Shown: piece after piece, positions 48,201 through 62,890 of the stretch
Numbering within the stretch: the stretch's first letter is position 1
Layout of the letters: each line of letters starts with the position of its first letter
DNA from: Orbicella franksi
Taxonomy: Eukaryota
DNA length: 64,000 nucleotides
Direction of reading: 5' to 3'
Assembly (NCBI GenBank): GCA_964199315.1
Contig: OZ116702.1
Location: 8,866,001-8,930,000, forward strand
Position numbers and translations under genes: made by a program
The notes under the pieces: model-generated
Database searches by the model: none
What the model saw: the letters and a program-made list of their open reading frames with translations, nothing else
Told to the model about the DNA's origin: nothing

Positions 48201-48417
48201 ACGATGCGTGACGTAAGTATTTGTTTTTCTTTTTTGTTTTTGACCACATCCCGTATGTAAGATGGCGAGTAGAGCAGCTTGTCAGTGGCGCGTCGTTTAA
48301 AAAAAGTGGCCGCGGTGTCATGCATTGAAAATGATTTTGCCTGTGTATTTGGTTTGGCGTAGGCGGAGGGGGAAAATAGGTTTGTGCAGCGGATTTGGGT
48401 AAAAATGTTTTCATGAC
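45282..48417. repeat. Tandem array unit 3 (3,136 bp)
   Basis: Collinear with unit 1. Homology stops abruptly after TTCATGAC at 48417. Confidence 0.95.
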
Positions 48418-50956
48418 CACATATTCAACCAATATTAATCTGCACGGATTTGAATTCTTTTTTTTTTTTTTCTTTTTTTTTTTTTTGTGCAAACTAACGT
48501 AGAATAGGTATATTGATATATTTGGAGCACTTTGGATTAGTAACTATTGTCGAGGGTTAACCCATAATAGGGAACGTTCACCAAAAAATTTGTACAATCT
48601 AAAAGTCTAAAAATCTAAAAATACAATATTTCATAATACTAATGGATAAAAACTCTCGTTATGTTGTTGGGAGGGGAATCAGAGGTTTTAAAACCTTCCT
48701 GTGATCTCCAAAAATACTCTAGATTGTCGGATTTTCCGGCCTAGAAATTGCACCTGAGTTTCGTAGGCCAACTCTTTTCCATGACCGCTTAAGACCGAGA
48801 CTGAGTGAATCGAGTCACACTGAGAGGAGAGAGAGCCCTAGAGCTTCTTGCATTGTAGGTTCAAAACTTTGTATCGGAAACAAATGGATCAAATGCATAA
48901 TTTGGCATTTTTGCTCCATCTGGGCCTTTCTTCTACCTGCCACCCGCCCCATCACGTCTAGGAAACTGTTTTTTTTAGAAATCAAGCAAGAATGTCAAAT
49001 AAACGCAAATTGGTTTTATTTTTGCTTCGTTTTTCTAACAAACGAGCCTTGCATATGGCCTGTTTCACTGTGTGCTACAGAGATTTTAACTAAATTTATT
49101 TCATTATATTTGTTTCTGGCATCGTTAAATTCAACTGAACGTTTATAATTCAGACTTATTCGACAAGAGAAACACAACCCTTTTAGACCAGGCTTCTCTA
49201 GGGAAAAATGAATTAAGCTTTCGAAGTTGTGTGCTTTGTATTGCAGCCTAAACAAGTTCATTGTTTTAAAAATAGCTCGAGCTTATTTAGCTTGGAAACA
49301 TCAAAACCGCCGAAAACTCTTTGGCATTGTGTTTTAACTAAACCGCTGTAAAAAGACTACAACATCACTTAGAAACACAATAAGAGACGTAGACTAACGG
49401 TACACGTCTCCAAACATTTGCTAGTATAAAACTATTTTTTACTTGAAAATTGCCATTGAAAATTAGAACATATTTGTTTATTTATACCATTAACCTAAAG
49501 GTGTATCTCTCTTTACCTTGTAACTATCTCTACTGATTCCTCTGTTTGACAGGCATGTATTCAAGCTTATTTTGAGTAATTACAGCAGTTCTATAATCTT
49601 GCATTTACATTTTACTTCAGGTATTCTGAAGTATGAATTACTTCGTATATTCTACTGAAAATTATCTACGTAGCAAGCTGTATCTATAACGAGTAAATAG
49701 GAATTAGGTTCGTGTTTGAAAGTAGGAAGAACTTTGGTAACTGTGAAATTACGCGCCTATGTTTATTCCTGACTCACAAATTAGAATATAATCGAGCTAT
49801 TGGGTCAAGAATCCTAAAGGCTCATGTTTTTACATAGTCTGTGAGTCAAAGGCAAGCCTAGGACACGTTCAAAACTATGCCCTCGATCTTACTGGTCAAC
49901 AAGTTTAACTTTGCTAAAAAAAGGTAAATACGAAATGCAACGGCTGACAGGCAATGGTATTTTATGTTGCCGGCCACTGTCAATATGGAAGCGCCCGCCT
50001 ATTTGCCTGCATTGACGCAACTTCTGTTAGAGGCAAGATTTCTTTGCCTTCTTAAACGGTATAAAATAACTCAAACTAAGCTAATATCGTTTCTCTGAGA
50101 AAACAAACAAACAAACAAACAAACAAGCAACTTCTATGTTCACCAAATAAGAATAAAATATTGCAATGCTCACTATAGTCATGCTTTTGCTCGTGCTTTT
50201 GCTCTCGAAAATTTTTACGGATTTGAGAAGTAAAAAAAAATATGCATTTACTGGAACCTTAAACTCCACGCTAGAGAACATGCACGGGTTTGAAATTTTT
50301 TTCTCATCAGAACGTGGATCACCGTACATGTATTACTTGACTTTTTTAAAACTGAATTGTTCGATTTAGTTTAGATCCACTGATTAACACATGCGTAGGA
50401 ACATCGGCAGCAGCATCTGAAATGTATCCTTGAATATTCTCAGCTAGTCCAAACACTTGCCACACCCTGTCAGATCAATGCAAATAAGATCATGCATTAG
50501 TTTTTATTTTTACCTTTACACGTTATTGTACGATCCATTGCATAATAAGAATTTTCACGACTACCCATTCAAATGGTCAAAATTTTGCTTCGCGACCATG
50601 TAGGGATCCATATACTTCGTTTCTATTGTGACACTGCTTGTCTGTAGAGGAAATTCAGCTCCTTCCCATTTCACAACTGAGTTGCCAGGAAAAATGAAGG
50701 TAAAATGTAACCCTTTTTTTAAACTAGGAGATATCAGGAAACCCGAATGTGCAATGAAAACGCAAATTTCTAAAACTGGGTTGTCTCGCTTTGGAGATAA
50801 TAACCGATCACAATTCAGTTTTGGTCATGTCACGTGACGTTTAACGTGTAATTATAACGCCTGATATTGAAAGAAATAGTCTACCGGGTTAATGAAAGGT
50901 TTCCTTTTTAAGTAAAATGTCACTTATCTATTCATTAATTTCATTTAGCATCTACC

Positions 50957-51235
50957 TTAGGGTATCCTGTCTTTGACTCGCATCAAAATATTCTCTGAAA
51001 GCTGTAGGGCCTGCTCAGCCATCTGGGCCGAGTAAACTTCGTTTGGGATCTTGGGGAAGGACACCTGATCTGGATAACGCATGCGCGCGGAACTAAGAAC
51101 AAGTCTCTCTAGACTACATGCTAAGTCGGTTAATTGGGAGTCATTTAAACCATCGCAGTTCTGATCCAAGTTGTGGACACTAGTCTTGTCAGCATCTATT
51201 GTGTATTGAGCCGCCTTTAGTGCCTTCTCTGCTGC
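50957..51235 (-). CDS. SACS: Sacsin-like copy B, last exon (C-terminal part of HEPN)
   Basis: CCTATAG|AAEKALKAAQYTIDADKTSVHNLDQNC...RMRYPDQVSFPKIPNEVY...KDRIP*. 279 nt, same length as in copy A. Confidence 0.92.
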   Translation of the reverse strand, partial: AAEKALKAAQYTIDADKTSVHNLDQNCDGLNDSQLTDLACSLERLVLSSARMRYPDQVSFPKIPNEVYSAQMAEQALQLSENILMRVKDRIP

Positions 51236-51680
51236 CTATAGGAGAACAAATCCATACAAAGTATTCAACGGAGGCACTGGTTACCAATTCTATTCACGGA
51301 GATGTTAGCTGTACTTGAACATATAATAAACAATGTTTTGTAAAGGCGGTTGAAGAGAGAACACTTTCGCACATTCATTCTTTTTTTTTTCTAACACGAT
51401 AACTGCCTGGCTAATACTTCAAGTAAGAATTGATTCATTTCGCGGTCTTTTATTCTCGATCCAACTTGTTGCCTTTCAGTGGTATATTTCTTTTGTACAT
51501 GAAAGTAACAAAGATTGATCAAATGGCAAGCAAAGTACATATCAATTATTTTAAAAAAAAACTTAAGAATGGGAAATTCCGAAGTTGAGTTTTTATAGCC
51601 TTATGAATATCATTGCGGGTCTCTTAAATAAGTCTAAAATGATCTTTACCGGCAAATTAACCAAACAAAGCCTTTCTTAC

Positions 51681-54600
51681 CTGATGGCATTTAAAGCATA
51701 CCCACTCAAAAGAAGGCCTTCTGGAATCAATTTCATTTGTACCGGCTGCAAGGTCAGCTTCAGCCTGTCTGAACCAACGCTTAGCCTCTTCAGGCTGCGG
51801 ATTTCTAAGGCAGAACCTTGGAGGAATTTGACGTGATGACGATTCCAAGGAAACGTCCAAATTAGCGAGTCTTTCTTTGTACTCCTCACGCCGCGTGCCA
51901 TGCTCTATTGCACGTGTTACCCAAGCATCAATATATTCGTCGTAAGAGCCACCCAGTTGCGAGATTGTATTCTTGATGTGCTCAAACGCCTCTGAGCAGA
52001 ATTCTTCATCTCCCAAGTTCTTCTCTGGGTGCCAACGTAGAATTAGCCGCTTCACGATTTGTCGTTTTTGTTCTTCTGGTAGTCTCCATGCATCCTCCAG
52101 TTGCTCTGAAATCTCTCCAAAAATCGCCTCTTTGTTTCTGTTTCTGGGGCGTTCTTTCTCCCTTTCAGATATATCTTGTATACGGTGGAATTTGTACAAG
52201 ACGGCAGCATTGACCTCAATCGGTTCTTTGTCGTATCCAATGTTGATTTGGTACATCTTTGTCAAGAGGATAGCATCTTCATCCATCACTTCGACCTCCT
52301 TGATAATCACAGCGTAGATGTACGTAGCGACCCCTTCCTCGAGTTGGAGACTCGGGTCATGTAGCTGATAACCCACATATTCCCCAGGTTCAAATTCCAA
52401 AAAGGCGTCATTCAGCAGATGATGCTCCTCGATTGGAATAAAGCCACCTGGCTCTGCATAAATGCCCATATCTGTTCCATCATAGGTGTCATCTCGTCGA
52501 ATGCGCCTCCTATCCAGTAGAGGCCATATGTCACCAAGCGGACAATGCAACATCTCAGGAATTAGTACCATTTTCTTTCCCAGAAGCTCACCATAAATCT
52601 CTTCAATTACCTGGGCTATCAAGGAGGCAGCGTTGCTCATTCCTGTTACAGAATTCAAATACACCTTCAACTTTTCCTTGCCAGACACCACAACTTTCTC
52701 TTGAAAGAATGGTACATCTTCCTCACTTCCGGAAATGAGTTGACCGTTGTGAAAGAGTGAGGTTTTAAGGCTTTCTACGGCACAAAGCTCTATGTTTCGA
52801 AGACCATATTCAATATCAGCGGCTATTCCTTCATCAAATTGCTTCTTCTGCGAGTCAACGTGTCGAACAATTCTGATAATGCCCTGTACAAATTGAGCAG
52901 ACAAAAGCCTCGTCGTCAATGCACTGACAGCCCCACTTGTCACTATTGCACCGTCGGTGAGTTTTTCTTTTACCACAGAGGACAGCATCACTGGTTGTAA
53001 AGGTGTAGGCAATTTCATCATTAGCTCTTCGTAGTTTGTCATGGCAGATTTTGGTCTGGCATCCAGCAGGCTAAGCTCAAGCACAAAACGTATGTTGAGC
53101 CTCGCGATCCTTGGTCCGTAAGCAGGTACATCATCGAAAACCAGCTCGGTGGACTTGTGCAAAGTCATAGGGATTTTTTTCAGAGGCTTATCAGAGGAGC
53201 GCGTTTCTGGAAACTTTGGTGGTAGGTACAGATATTCAGGAAACGTCGCTGGTAAGTACAGATTACATACTGCTGACGCTTCAACAGGATCGTCTTGAAG
53301 CCTTGCAAAGAAACCTTTCACTGCCTTGGAACACATTCTTATTTCATTTTGGTGCAATTTGTCATCCCGGCTACTTTCCTGCAACATCTCCAAAACCATG
53401 GCATAATGGGTAGCTCGAACAGCCTTGGAACAGCCCAGGTACTCAAACAATCGCTGAAACTTGCCAAATTCGGGGGGAATTTTGTATAGATATGGCTTAA
53501 TCTCAAGACTTTCGTACAACTCAAGGACTGCCTGACTGGGCAGAATGAACCTCTTTCCTTCTTCAACTAAAATGCATGGAGTAGTTTCGAGGAGCCTTTT
53601 CGCTTCATATCCTGTGGTCGCGTTGACCTGCAGGAAGGCGTAAATACTTTCCATGACCGCCATTACCGCGGAGCGTTCTTCAAGTGAAGCAGTTTGTATC
53701 TTCCTTTTACGTTCAAAATGGATGCAAATGTTTTCGCAATGACTAACTACAAGATTTACCGATGGCTTCTTCACAATTTGGAGCTGGGCGAGAAAAGAAT
53801 TGCAGTACTGCTCGATGTTGACACCATGAGGACGATCAAATTCGTATTGACGAGACCTTGGATCTGCCCACCCTGGAAGCAAGTGTGCTTTCGTCCATAC
53901 GATGTCTTCGTAATCCTTGAAAACTGCCCCTTTGAATGCAATGAAGGGAACTTCGCCATCCATTGTTGCGCCTAAAGCTCGACAGACTGTTAGCAGTGGT
54001 TCTGTAACAGGGTCTGCAGCTACGAAGGGAATATCACAGACCATTTGTAAAAGACCTTCACCCACTACATTGGGTCGAGAGATTAGGTGATCCACCAGAA
54101 TACGTGACCTCGTGAATGTATTCTTATTTCGCTTTGTGGCAGCTTCGTGTGCAACTTCTGTAGCAAATCTCTGAAAATCATCTTTAGAAACATTCTGCAC
54201 CAGGCCTATCATTTCCAAAAAGGGCAACCATTCTTCTGAAGCGAAAGGGTCTGGTGGAAACTCGTCCTCTGTTAGCATGGACTTGAAAACAGGAATTCGG
54301 GGATCACAGAAACTCGACGCAGTCATCAACGTGCCGTCCTTGTTTGGAATGAACTTCACTGTTTTCAAATAATCTAACAGCTTTTGCCTCCCGATTTCTC
54401 TTTCATTTTTCTGTTTTGAACTTCCTGAATAATGAAATTGGCAAATATATCTGATATGAGCCAATGTTCCTTCTTCACTGAAATACGGAAAACATTTGAA
54501 AACAAACTCGAGATACGCTTCAACAGGAGAGACACTTTCAACGTCCAAGAATTCATAAAGATCTGACAGGCTTGAGTTGGATTTCAAAAACAAACAGTCA

Positions 54601-57600
54601 AGAACTGATTCCACAACATCCATCTCTTCTTCGGGTAATTCATCAGGTATAATACACGATTTTCTCTCCTCGAGTTTTGCAAGACCACCTCTTGCTGTGG
54701 GGTAAAATGGCAGCTTCCTCAAGATTTCTTTGTCAACATCTGTGAGACTTTGCACGTTCCGGTTAAAGTACTCTAGGACAACTGTTGCATGTGAGGGCTG
54801 TAATTTCCCCTCAAGGGAAAGAGGATCCGTTTCTAGAGCCTGTTTGAGTGCTGTAAGAAGGGACTTTGGTGTCTTGAGAGAGGCTACGAGATTACGTACG
54901 AACTGGTACGAATCTGGTTTGGTGTAAGGTGTGGTAAGCAAGTATATTGTTGTAATTACTACTGAATTAACCTTTGGTAAGCCCAAAGATCCTACAATAG
55001 TAGCCAGATTCCGATCTGAGATACCACAGTCAGAAAAGTCAAGAACAGTTTCAGCCATACAAAGCGGCACCAAGAAATGATCTGTCAATATTCGTTTGTT
55101 CACAACAGTCTTTGAAGAAAAAGATGTGGAGGATCTTTCCACGTGGATCGTTTTCGTTGCGGGAAGAAGGCACCATTTAGATAGTGGCGAAAGCAGCGTA
55201 CGAATGAATTCTTCTTTACAGTCCTCAGTTATCTCTGCTTTAGTCATTGCATCGTTGACAAACTCTTGCAAGAAGCTCCAAACCCTATAGATCCACTGGT
55301 GATTAGGCAAGGTGGCAGATGGGTCATCTGGGCACCATTTCACATAGTGATCTTCGCTTATGTAGCTGTACGGTAGGGTTTGGTGTAACAACGAAGCGAA
55401 CATTTGTACATCCAAAGGTCGAAAAACGGGGTACTTTACGCATTCGGGGCTGCTAAAAATGTCGCTACGGACTTCTCTGTGAACAAAAATGGACGGGGAA
55501 CATGGAAAAATATTTTGGTAGCGACTCAGACATCGGGGATTACTTTCGCTAAAAGCATTCAAGTTGTTGTCCTCAGTAAGAAGCAGTGGAAGTCCAGAGA
55601 GACTCTTCAAAAAATGGTCGTCGTCTTTGCAGTACTTGAGGACACGGATCACTCCTTGTTCGTTTTTGAATGGTGTCTTGTTCACAGGGCATGGAATCTT
55701 CCCAACATTGCAAAGCGGATCAGGATCACCAAACGATTTGTAGAAATCCATAACTGCAGTGGGTGAAACACAAACCACCTCCACTTCTGCCTTCTTGAGT
55801 GACTCGAAAGTGGTCATTGAAAATGCGACAAGTTTTAAACCAGTCTCGAGCAAGGTTTCTTCAAATTTGGACTTCCGCCTGATTCTTCCTTCTTCTCTTT
55901 TTATTCTTTTTTCTTTCTCTTCTTTGCTTTCAAGGCCACATTTTCGGGGTGTGGCAGCAAAACAGCCTTTTATTTCGAGATTGTTGAAGTAGATTTTATC
56001 TTTTCCGGTACCTGACAGTGGAAACCACTCTACCTGGACTCTCTCAGAACCGTACGATTCCTCACGGCGGCAGCTAGAATTCTCTTCCGCTTTCCTCACT
56101 AATGGGATCAAGCGCATCTTCTTTTTGCTCATCATTTGGTAGACTGCCTCAACCAATGTCTTCCAGTACGTATCCTCTATGGGTAACCTTGGAAAGAGCT
56201 CCTCATATGTACTTAACTTTCGTAAAGTCGTACTTCTGCAGTTACTGCGAGATTCAGTACGAGATTCAGCACGATCCTGAACGATAGGCAAATGGAGGAA
56301 AACGCGAACTCCGTCTAGAAGGGTCAGATAGCATGACGCAATGACGTCGCGCAACAAGGCATTGTTCCAATCAGTCCTGTAGTTGCCGGTTACATCTCTC
56401 CACAAATTTCTCCTTGCCTCGTGGTCCAATGCAAAGTGCCCATTGATGTGAACTGGCAAATCTGTTTCAAGTGGAAGTGGAAGAAAGCAGTACGCTTTCT
56501 TCTTCCTATCTAGCTGCTCCCTCGAGTTTGTACTTTCCAGAAGGCACGCAACACCACCTCGAGGAAGCATCCCCAGCTTTTGTCTCCTAAAAGCATCGAC
56601 AATTCTCTTGTCCACCGCTTTCTCAAAGCCAACCTGTTGGACAATCAACCATGTTTCCTCTCTGCCGGATGAATCTCTCAACTTCATAGTATACATACAC
56701 TTTTGGACATTTACGCTTGTGGGTAGGGAATTGTTGCTCTCTTTCACACGATTCCCGATCCCTTTGATACAATCAGCGAATGCTTTCCTCTTTCTGTCAT
56801 CATCTTCGGAGAGAAGCACTTCAACAGAGTATCTGTCCGTCAGCTTCCCTGATGATTTATCTATTCCACAAAGACTAATCTTCTTCACATTGTTAACAAA
56901 AAGGAGAATGTCGAAAAGCTCCTTCTTCAGGTCTTCCATCATTTCGTCTAATTTCTTCACTGTTACCACAGCTGACGATATGTTAGAAGTTGGTGCCATT
57001 TCCTCCGTTCGTAGGGGAAGCCTGAACATTGTTGAATTCTGGATGGAAAAAAGATCCTCGAGATAACAAGGGAAGACATCTGGGAACTTTGTTCTCATTT
57101 TCTCTATGTCTTTATACATTCTGCCAGGTTCTTTATCGGTTGCATTCGGGACATACTTGCAATGTGGGTCGAATACACACAACACATCTCCAATTTCTTT
57201 TCCCCTTGACATGAATGAGGGCACATCAGTCAAGTGGTAGACAGCATTGAATCCGACACCATATTGGCCGGTCTTGTTTGGATCATCGCCCTTACTACCC
57301 TCGCCAAGGGTTTGTATTCCTTTGATATCTGCATTAGTGAAAGGTTTGTTGTTGTATACACACAATGCCGGACCTTGCAGTGGTTTCCAGCTTTCTTTCA
57401 ACACTCTTTCATCAGGATGGTATCTTGGGTCCTTTATGAAACAAATTTCGGTTGCTCGCGCATCATCTGCATTTTGAAGAAGTTCTTTCAAGATGTCCTT
57501 CTCACATGGGTAACCTGTAAGAATCCGTTTCAGACGAGTTGTGAGTTTCTCTCGTTGTCCACAGGGAAGCCCAAAGTCATGATGTTGTAGGGCTTCGTCT

Positions 57601-60600
57601 CTTCGTGTTTTAACACCCAAGTGAGAACATGTTGGCCACGGAATTTTCTCACTGACAAATTGAATACTTTCGTCGTCATCATCATCGGATATCCAAGGGC
57701 AGTCCTTCATACAAAGTTGAGATACTGGTCGCATTACTCTCTTACAGGAAGGAAGATAAATAGATCCCCATTTATCAGGTATTTTTGAACAATCGCCAGT
57801 TGACCATTCGAGTATCTCCCCTAGTTGAATCGCCATGTGGACTGTCACTTCTAGAGTTTCCTCATCAAGTTGCCTGTCATGGAAATGTCGCTCTACCCGT
57901 TGAAGACTTGAGATGAAATCTTTCTCCTCAAACTTCTCTTTCACGCCAGCAAGTTTCATGATATCGGAACAGGAATCGGCAAGATGTTCTGGAAGCTTAT
58001 AAAGGTACGGAGAGCAGTTTGCGTTAATTTCCAGGGCCACCTGGTCTGCAGGGAGAAATCTCTTCCCTGATAGAATGAACTTCTTGTCAACTAAAAATTG
58101 CATGATCTCAGGGCTGTGACTGCTCATCATTCCCTGCAGAAAGGAATACGCCTCAGTGCAAACACGGTTGACTTCGTCATAACCTTCGCGATCCAATGAA
58201 TCGATGTCAGTGCATATTGCTTCTTCAAGCTGGCTCATTATATGCTGAATGCTGACTTCTTTGTTTCTCAACTTCAACAATTCTGTCACCTTTTTGTGGA
58301 TTTCCAGGTCAACAAGGGGCTCCGTGCAACATACAAGATACTTCTTTTCCTTCAGGAATACATCTTTTGGTGCGACCAGAAGCTTTCTTCTGCGTTGAAA
58401 TTCGTCTCCTTTCCAGGGAAGGGGAAAGTGCTCTGGTTTTCGAAGAACTGGGAGAAATTTAGCCTCTACAAGGCGTGTCATAATGGGTTCTGTAGGACCT
58501 TTACCCTTGCCTTTCATTTTCTTTTGAATAAATGAGAGCAACACCTTTACACGCTTGACTGCCGCTTTGCTGTCAACTGCATTTATCCTGTCGATACTCT
58601 CTGCTCTCTCTGCAATCTCCTTCCAAGGAAGAACATCTGACACCATTCCAAGCTGTTCAAGTTTGGTTAGTCGTTGACGGTTAAGAAAGGTTTCGTCAGT
58701 TCCACAAGGAAATTTGCCATCGTCAGGGCAGAATAGAGTGGATATTTCTGTGTTTGGATTTACAAGTTGGCTAGGACACTTCAGACTTTTGCCACGGGGT
58801 GATGCTGGAATACTGGCATGCGTCTTTATCAGTTCATCTAGATCTCTAATGTTGTTATCCAAAACATGCAGCACCAATACATCTCTCAGGTCTGAACGAA
58901 CTTTCAGAATGTTTGGAAAGAAAATCTGATGGAAAAAACGTCTCTTGTCGTACGTTCTAGTCTGAATTATTTCCCACAGACCACAATCGTGAAAAGACTG
59001 GAACACGTCTGCTGGCAAATCGATTACCACTTCGTCTTCTTTAGCCAACGTCTGAAGCACGGCAAATGAAGTGTCACCTATTTGAGGCTCCAAGCGAAAC
59101 CTTGGATCGAGAAACACTACATGACGTATGTCAACCCATTTACGTCCATCTGCGGAGAATAGGGCATGATCTCCAACGGCAAGTTGTTCATAGAAGGACT
59201 GCAGGACAGGCCAACAGTCTCTATGTACTTCATCAGCCTTTGGCCATAATGCATGGCACTTATAAGAGCCGTCATCTGGAACAATTGACTTGATGTCTTC
59301 AAGAAGAGAAAAATAGGCAGACAAAATGGAGTCTTGCATAAGTACTTTGTTCCAGTCGAAGCCGTGGCATCTCTTGTCGTCTTCAACTTTCGACTGTAAG
59401 TGACGTCTGTTAGCAGCTAATGCGAAAGCTCCATTAATGTGCAATGGTAGGCCACTATGGATTGGAAGTGGAAGATAGCAGAAGATGACACCATTATGCG
59501 TTGGTTCATCCCCATCAACTTTAGCAGGCAATGGCAAAAATGTCTTATTTCCAGTTGGTACCAAACGAACAGCTGCTCCACCTGATGGAAGGAGACTTTC
59601 GTCGGTTTCCACAAACTGCATTGCTGAACCATTGCCCATTGCAGAAACCACGAGCCACGTGAAACGCTCATGACCAAGACACCCGAAACCGTTAAAGAAC
59701 TTCAAGCCCAGTGTAGTAAAACGACAATCGATATCAACTACTATGGAACATTCAGGGAATTTACTTGGATGGACAGTGTGGTATCTTGCCTCCCTCGCTA
59801 CCTTCGATGACGCTTGAAGAAAGCAACATTGCCTCAGGAAACGCTGCTCTCCAGCATCCAGTTTCTTTGCAGTAACTGGTAATGTCACCGGGAAAGACAA
59901 TTCTCGAAGAATTCCTTCCTGGGACATTGATTTGGAGACCTGAAACATCAAAGCAGGCAGAGACTCTTGACTTGTTTTTCTTGGCAAACTGTAGATTTCC
60001 ACACGCAGAACATTTTGTGTAAAAAGAAGCAAAGACCTCGACCTATGAATGAGCATTTGTAGCAACTCTCGTATTTCGCGGTCGTCGTAGTTCAGCTTCT
60101 TTATCTCACTTCCCAGGGCTTGCTCTCGAGTCCTCAACGGAAATCGAAAAAGCGTTCCATTAAATGAGTTGTCTTCCTTGCTCAAATGCAAATCGCAGCC
60201 AAAGATGCCGTTAAATGGTTTGAATTGATTTGCGAATTTGCAAAGCCTCTTCACATCTTTGTTGAGATTGATCTTCATCCCTGGCTTCCTTTTGTTCCTG
60301 ATGGCCTTCCCGAGGTATGACGTGTGAGGATCAAAAATGACAAAATAGTTCCTACTTAAGATCATGGGCACATCTGTCAAATTGTACACCGCATTGAAGC
60401 CAAGCCCAAACCTACCAATCTTTTCGGTATCGTGCTCTTTTGTTGCTTCGTTGAGTTTTGCAATGTTCTCAAAATCTTTATCTCTGAATTCAGCGTCGTT
60501 ATAGACCCACAAAGCAGGACCTTGACAACCTTTCATGCCTTCGTCAATCAAGCAAGTCATGGCATCCTCGTTCATTCTTTCATCATAGAGAAATCTGACT

Positions 60601-62890
60601 TCAGTGGCACCGGCATCGTCTGCGTTTTGCACAAGCTCTTTTAGAACTGAAAATCCATCCGTGTACTCCTCCAGAAGTCGGTTCAGTCGAGTAGTAAGCC
60701 TCTCTTCCTGTCCAAACTCTTCTCCTATGTACAGCTCATCCGCGTCCAGAATTCTATTGGTGAGGCTTCGAACACCAAGGCGTTCGGCTGTACTGTTAGG
60801 GACATTGGGGTGTACATAAAAATAGTCCATGTCTTCATCGTCACCTTCTCTCTTCAACCAATCGTGGTCGCAGTACATACAGCACTCCACTGGCTCAAGC
60901 CTTACATGTGAGTTGTCGTCAGTGTGTGTTGGTAGAACAATTTGCCTTTTTAGCTCTTCTGTCAACTGCCCACTTGCCAACTCATTCACAATGTTGACGG
61001 ATAACTGAAGATCTTGCTTTACTTCCAAAGCGCTGGACAGGACAATTCCATCATCATACTTCTCTTTAATCATGTGAAGGACCTCTACCAGAACAGCTGG
61101 ATTACTGCTTTCCCTCATGCCAAAACGGTAAAACAGCTCAGCGTACTTAGCCATGTCGCTAGGAAGAGAATGTGTGTAGGGTGTAAGATCAATGTGTGGC
61201 TTGCTGAAAAGCACATGGCTAGGTGAGGAAAAGCCATCTCCATTCCACACCCAATCAAATTCTTCCAAACAGTCAAATGCCTGATCCTTATCAACGTCCT
61301 TTGCTGGCACCCGACTTAGCAGCAAGTAAATTTCGTTTACCACAACCATAAAGAGCGGTTTTTCTTCTTTTGAATACGATCTGATCACATTCTGCAAATG
61401 CTGAATGACCTGGAAGACACCGGGTGGGTACTGCCAGCCAAAATACTTGGAAACTTGACCGGATGGCTGTACTTCCACAAGAGGCATAACCGTTCCAATA
61501 AGGTTCGCAAGGGACTGACTTCTCACTTCAGTTGGCTTGAAAAAGTGTTTGCCATTTTCTTCGCCCTCTTCAAACCATGCCAGTCCCGGAGGATAGTTAG
61601 GGGGCCTTTTTCGTAATCTTGAAACCCAGGGAATGTCCTTCAGTAAGGCTCCTAACGGTTGTCCATTGAGTGACTCCAACAAGTTTTGAGGATTTTCACT
61701 GAGGAACTGCAAAATTGCCCTCGATTTCCGTTCTGCAGTTGGAAGGTGAGTAAGCCCACTTACCAATTTGGCACTTTGGTACAAATCGTATCCAGTGATG
61801 CTGTCCTCGTTTTTCATTCCAAGTTCCTCTAACATGGCGAGTACAGAACGTTCGGCGTACTTGACTGTGGGGAAGACATCTTCGTCCACAAATATTTTCT
61901 TGAGGACCATGTTTCTGGGATCAAAGAGGTCTGATGCTCTTCCGCGCCCCCGATGTTTGGAGACAAAGGGCAAGGCTTGTAATTTCTGTTTGAAAGAACC
62001 ATTTTTGCGAATTTCATAAGTGTGGTTTTCCAGTACATAAGTCATGAGTTGGTCAATCTGCTCTCCAGTGTACTTTCCTCGCTGTATGTCTGGAAACACC
62101 ATTTGGCAGAGTAACTCAGTTGGCGTTAGAATCTTGACGTCTAAAAGAACTGCTAAAGTCTTGGAATCGTGCTCGGTAATGTCAATCAGCTCTCGCAGAG
62201 GTGGAACCGGAAGAGAATCAGCAACCGTTGCACAAAGAACCTCCTCCTTTGATACGAACTTCTTGGACAGCGTCTGGAAAATGGGAAGCGAACACAGAAG
62301 ATTGTACTCCGCTTGTCCCACAGATGACCGTCTCACACGGGCCAGAAATGACCTGAGGAGGTGCTTGTCGTTGGTAGATAACATCGTGCACACGATTTCT
62401 GAAAACCTTCCAGCTGCTGCCATCTGGCTAGAGGAACACGCCATTGCTTGCAAAACGCCTTGTACAGAAGGTGAATGTACAAACGTCCCCAAGACAGCGG
62501 GATGGTGTCTTAAATAGGCGGGAAAATCATTCATGATGATTAAACCAAGCTTCCTTAAAACATTCGTCAGTGAATCGTCTAGGCAATCATAACTTAGGGA
62601 TTTGACAACAACTTTTGAAGGGCTGCAAAGTCGAACCAAGGTTACAGACGTTTGTGTCATGTCTAGTGGAATCAGAGGTAGTTTTCCAAGTCTCTGAATA
62701 TCTTCCTCTGTGGTGAAATGTTCTTGAAGATATCTCCAGACAACCTTGATCCAGTCTCTTGGAGGATGGTTGTGATTACTGTCATCGGGGTACCACGGAA
62801 CGGTATTACCCCTACTCCACTCAGGTGGTAGGGCCTCGCAAAGAAGAGATGGTACATCTTCCTCGCACAATAGCCGTAATTGCGTATCTT
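51681..62890 (-). CDS. SACS: Sacsin-like copy B, giant exon (11,210 nt): SRR2, SRR3, J-like domain (HPE), start of HEPN
   Basis: Uninterrupted frame with the same motifs as copy A. Acceptor TTTGACAG| at 62891 and donor |GTAAGA at 51680 fall at the same codon positions as in copy A. Confidence 0.96.
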
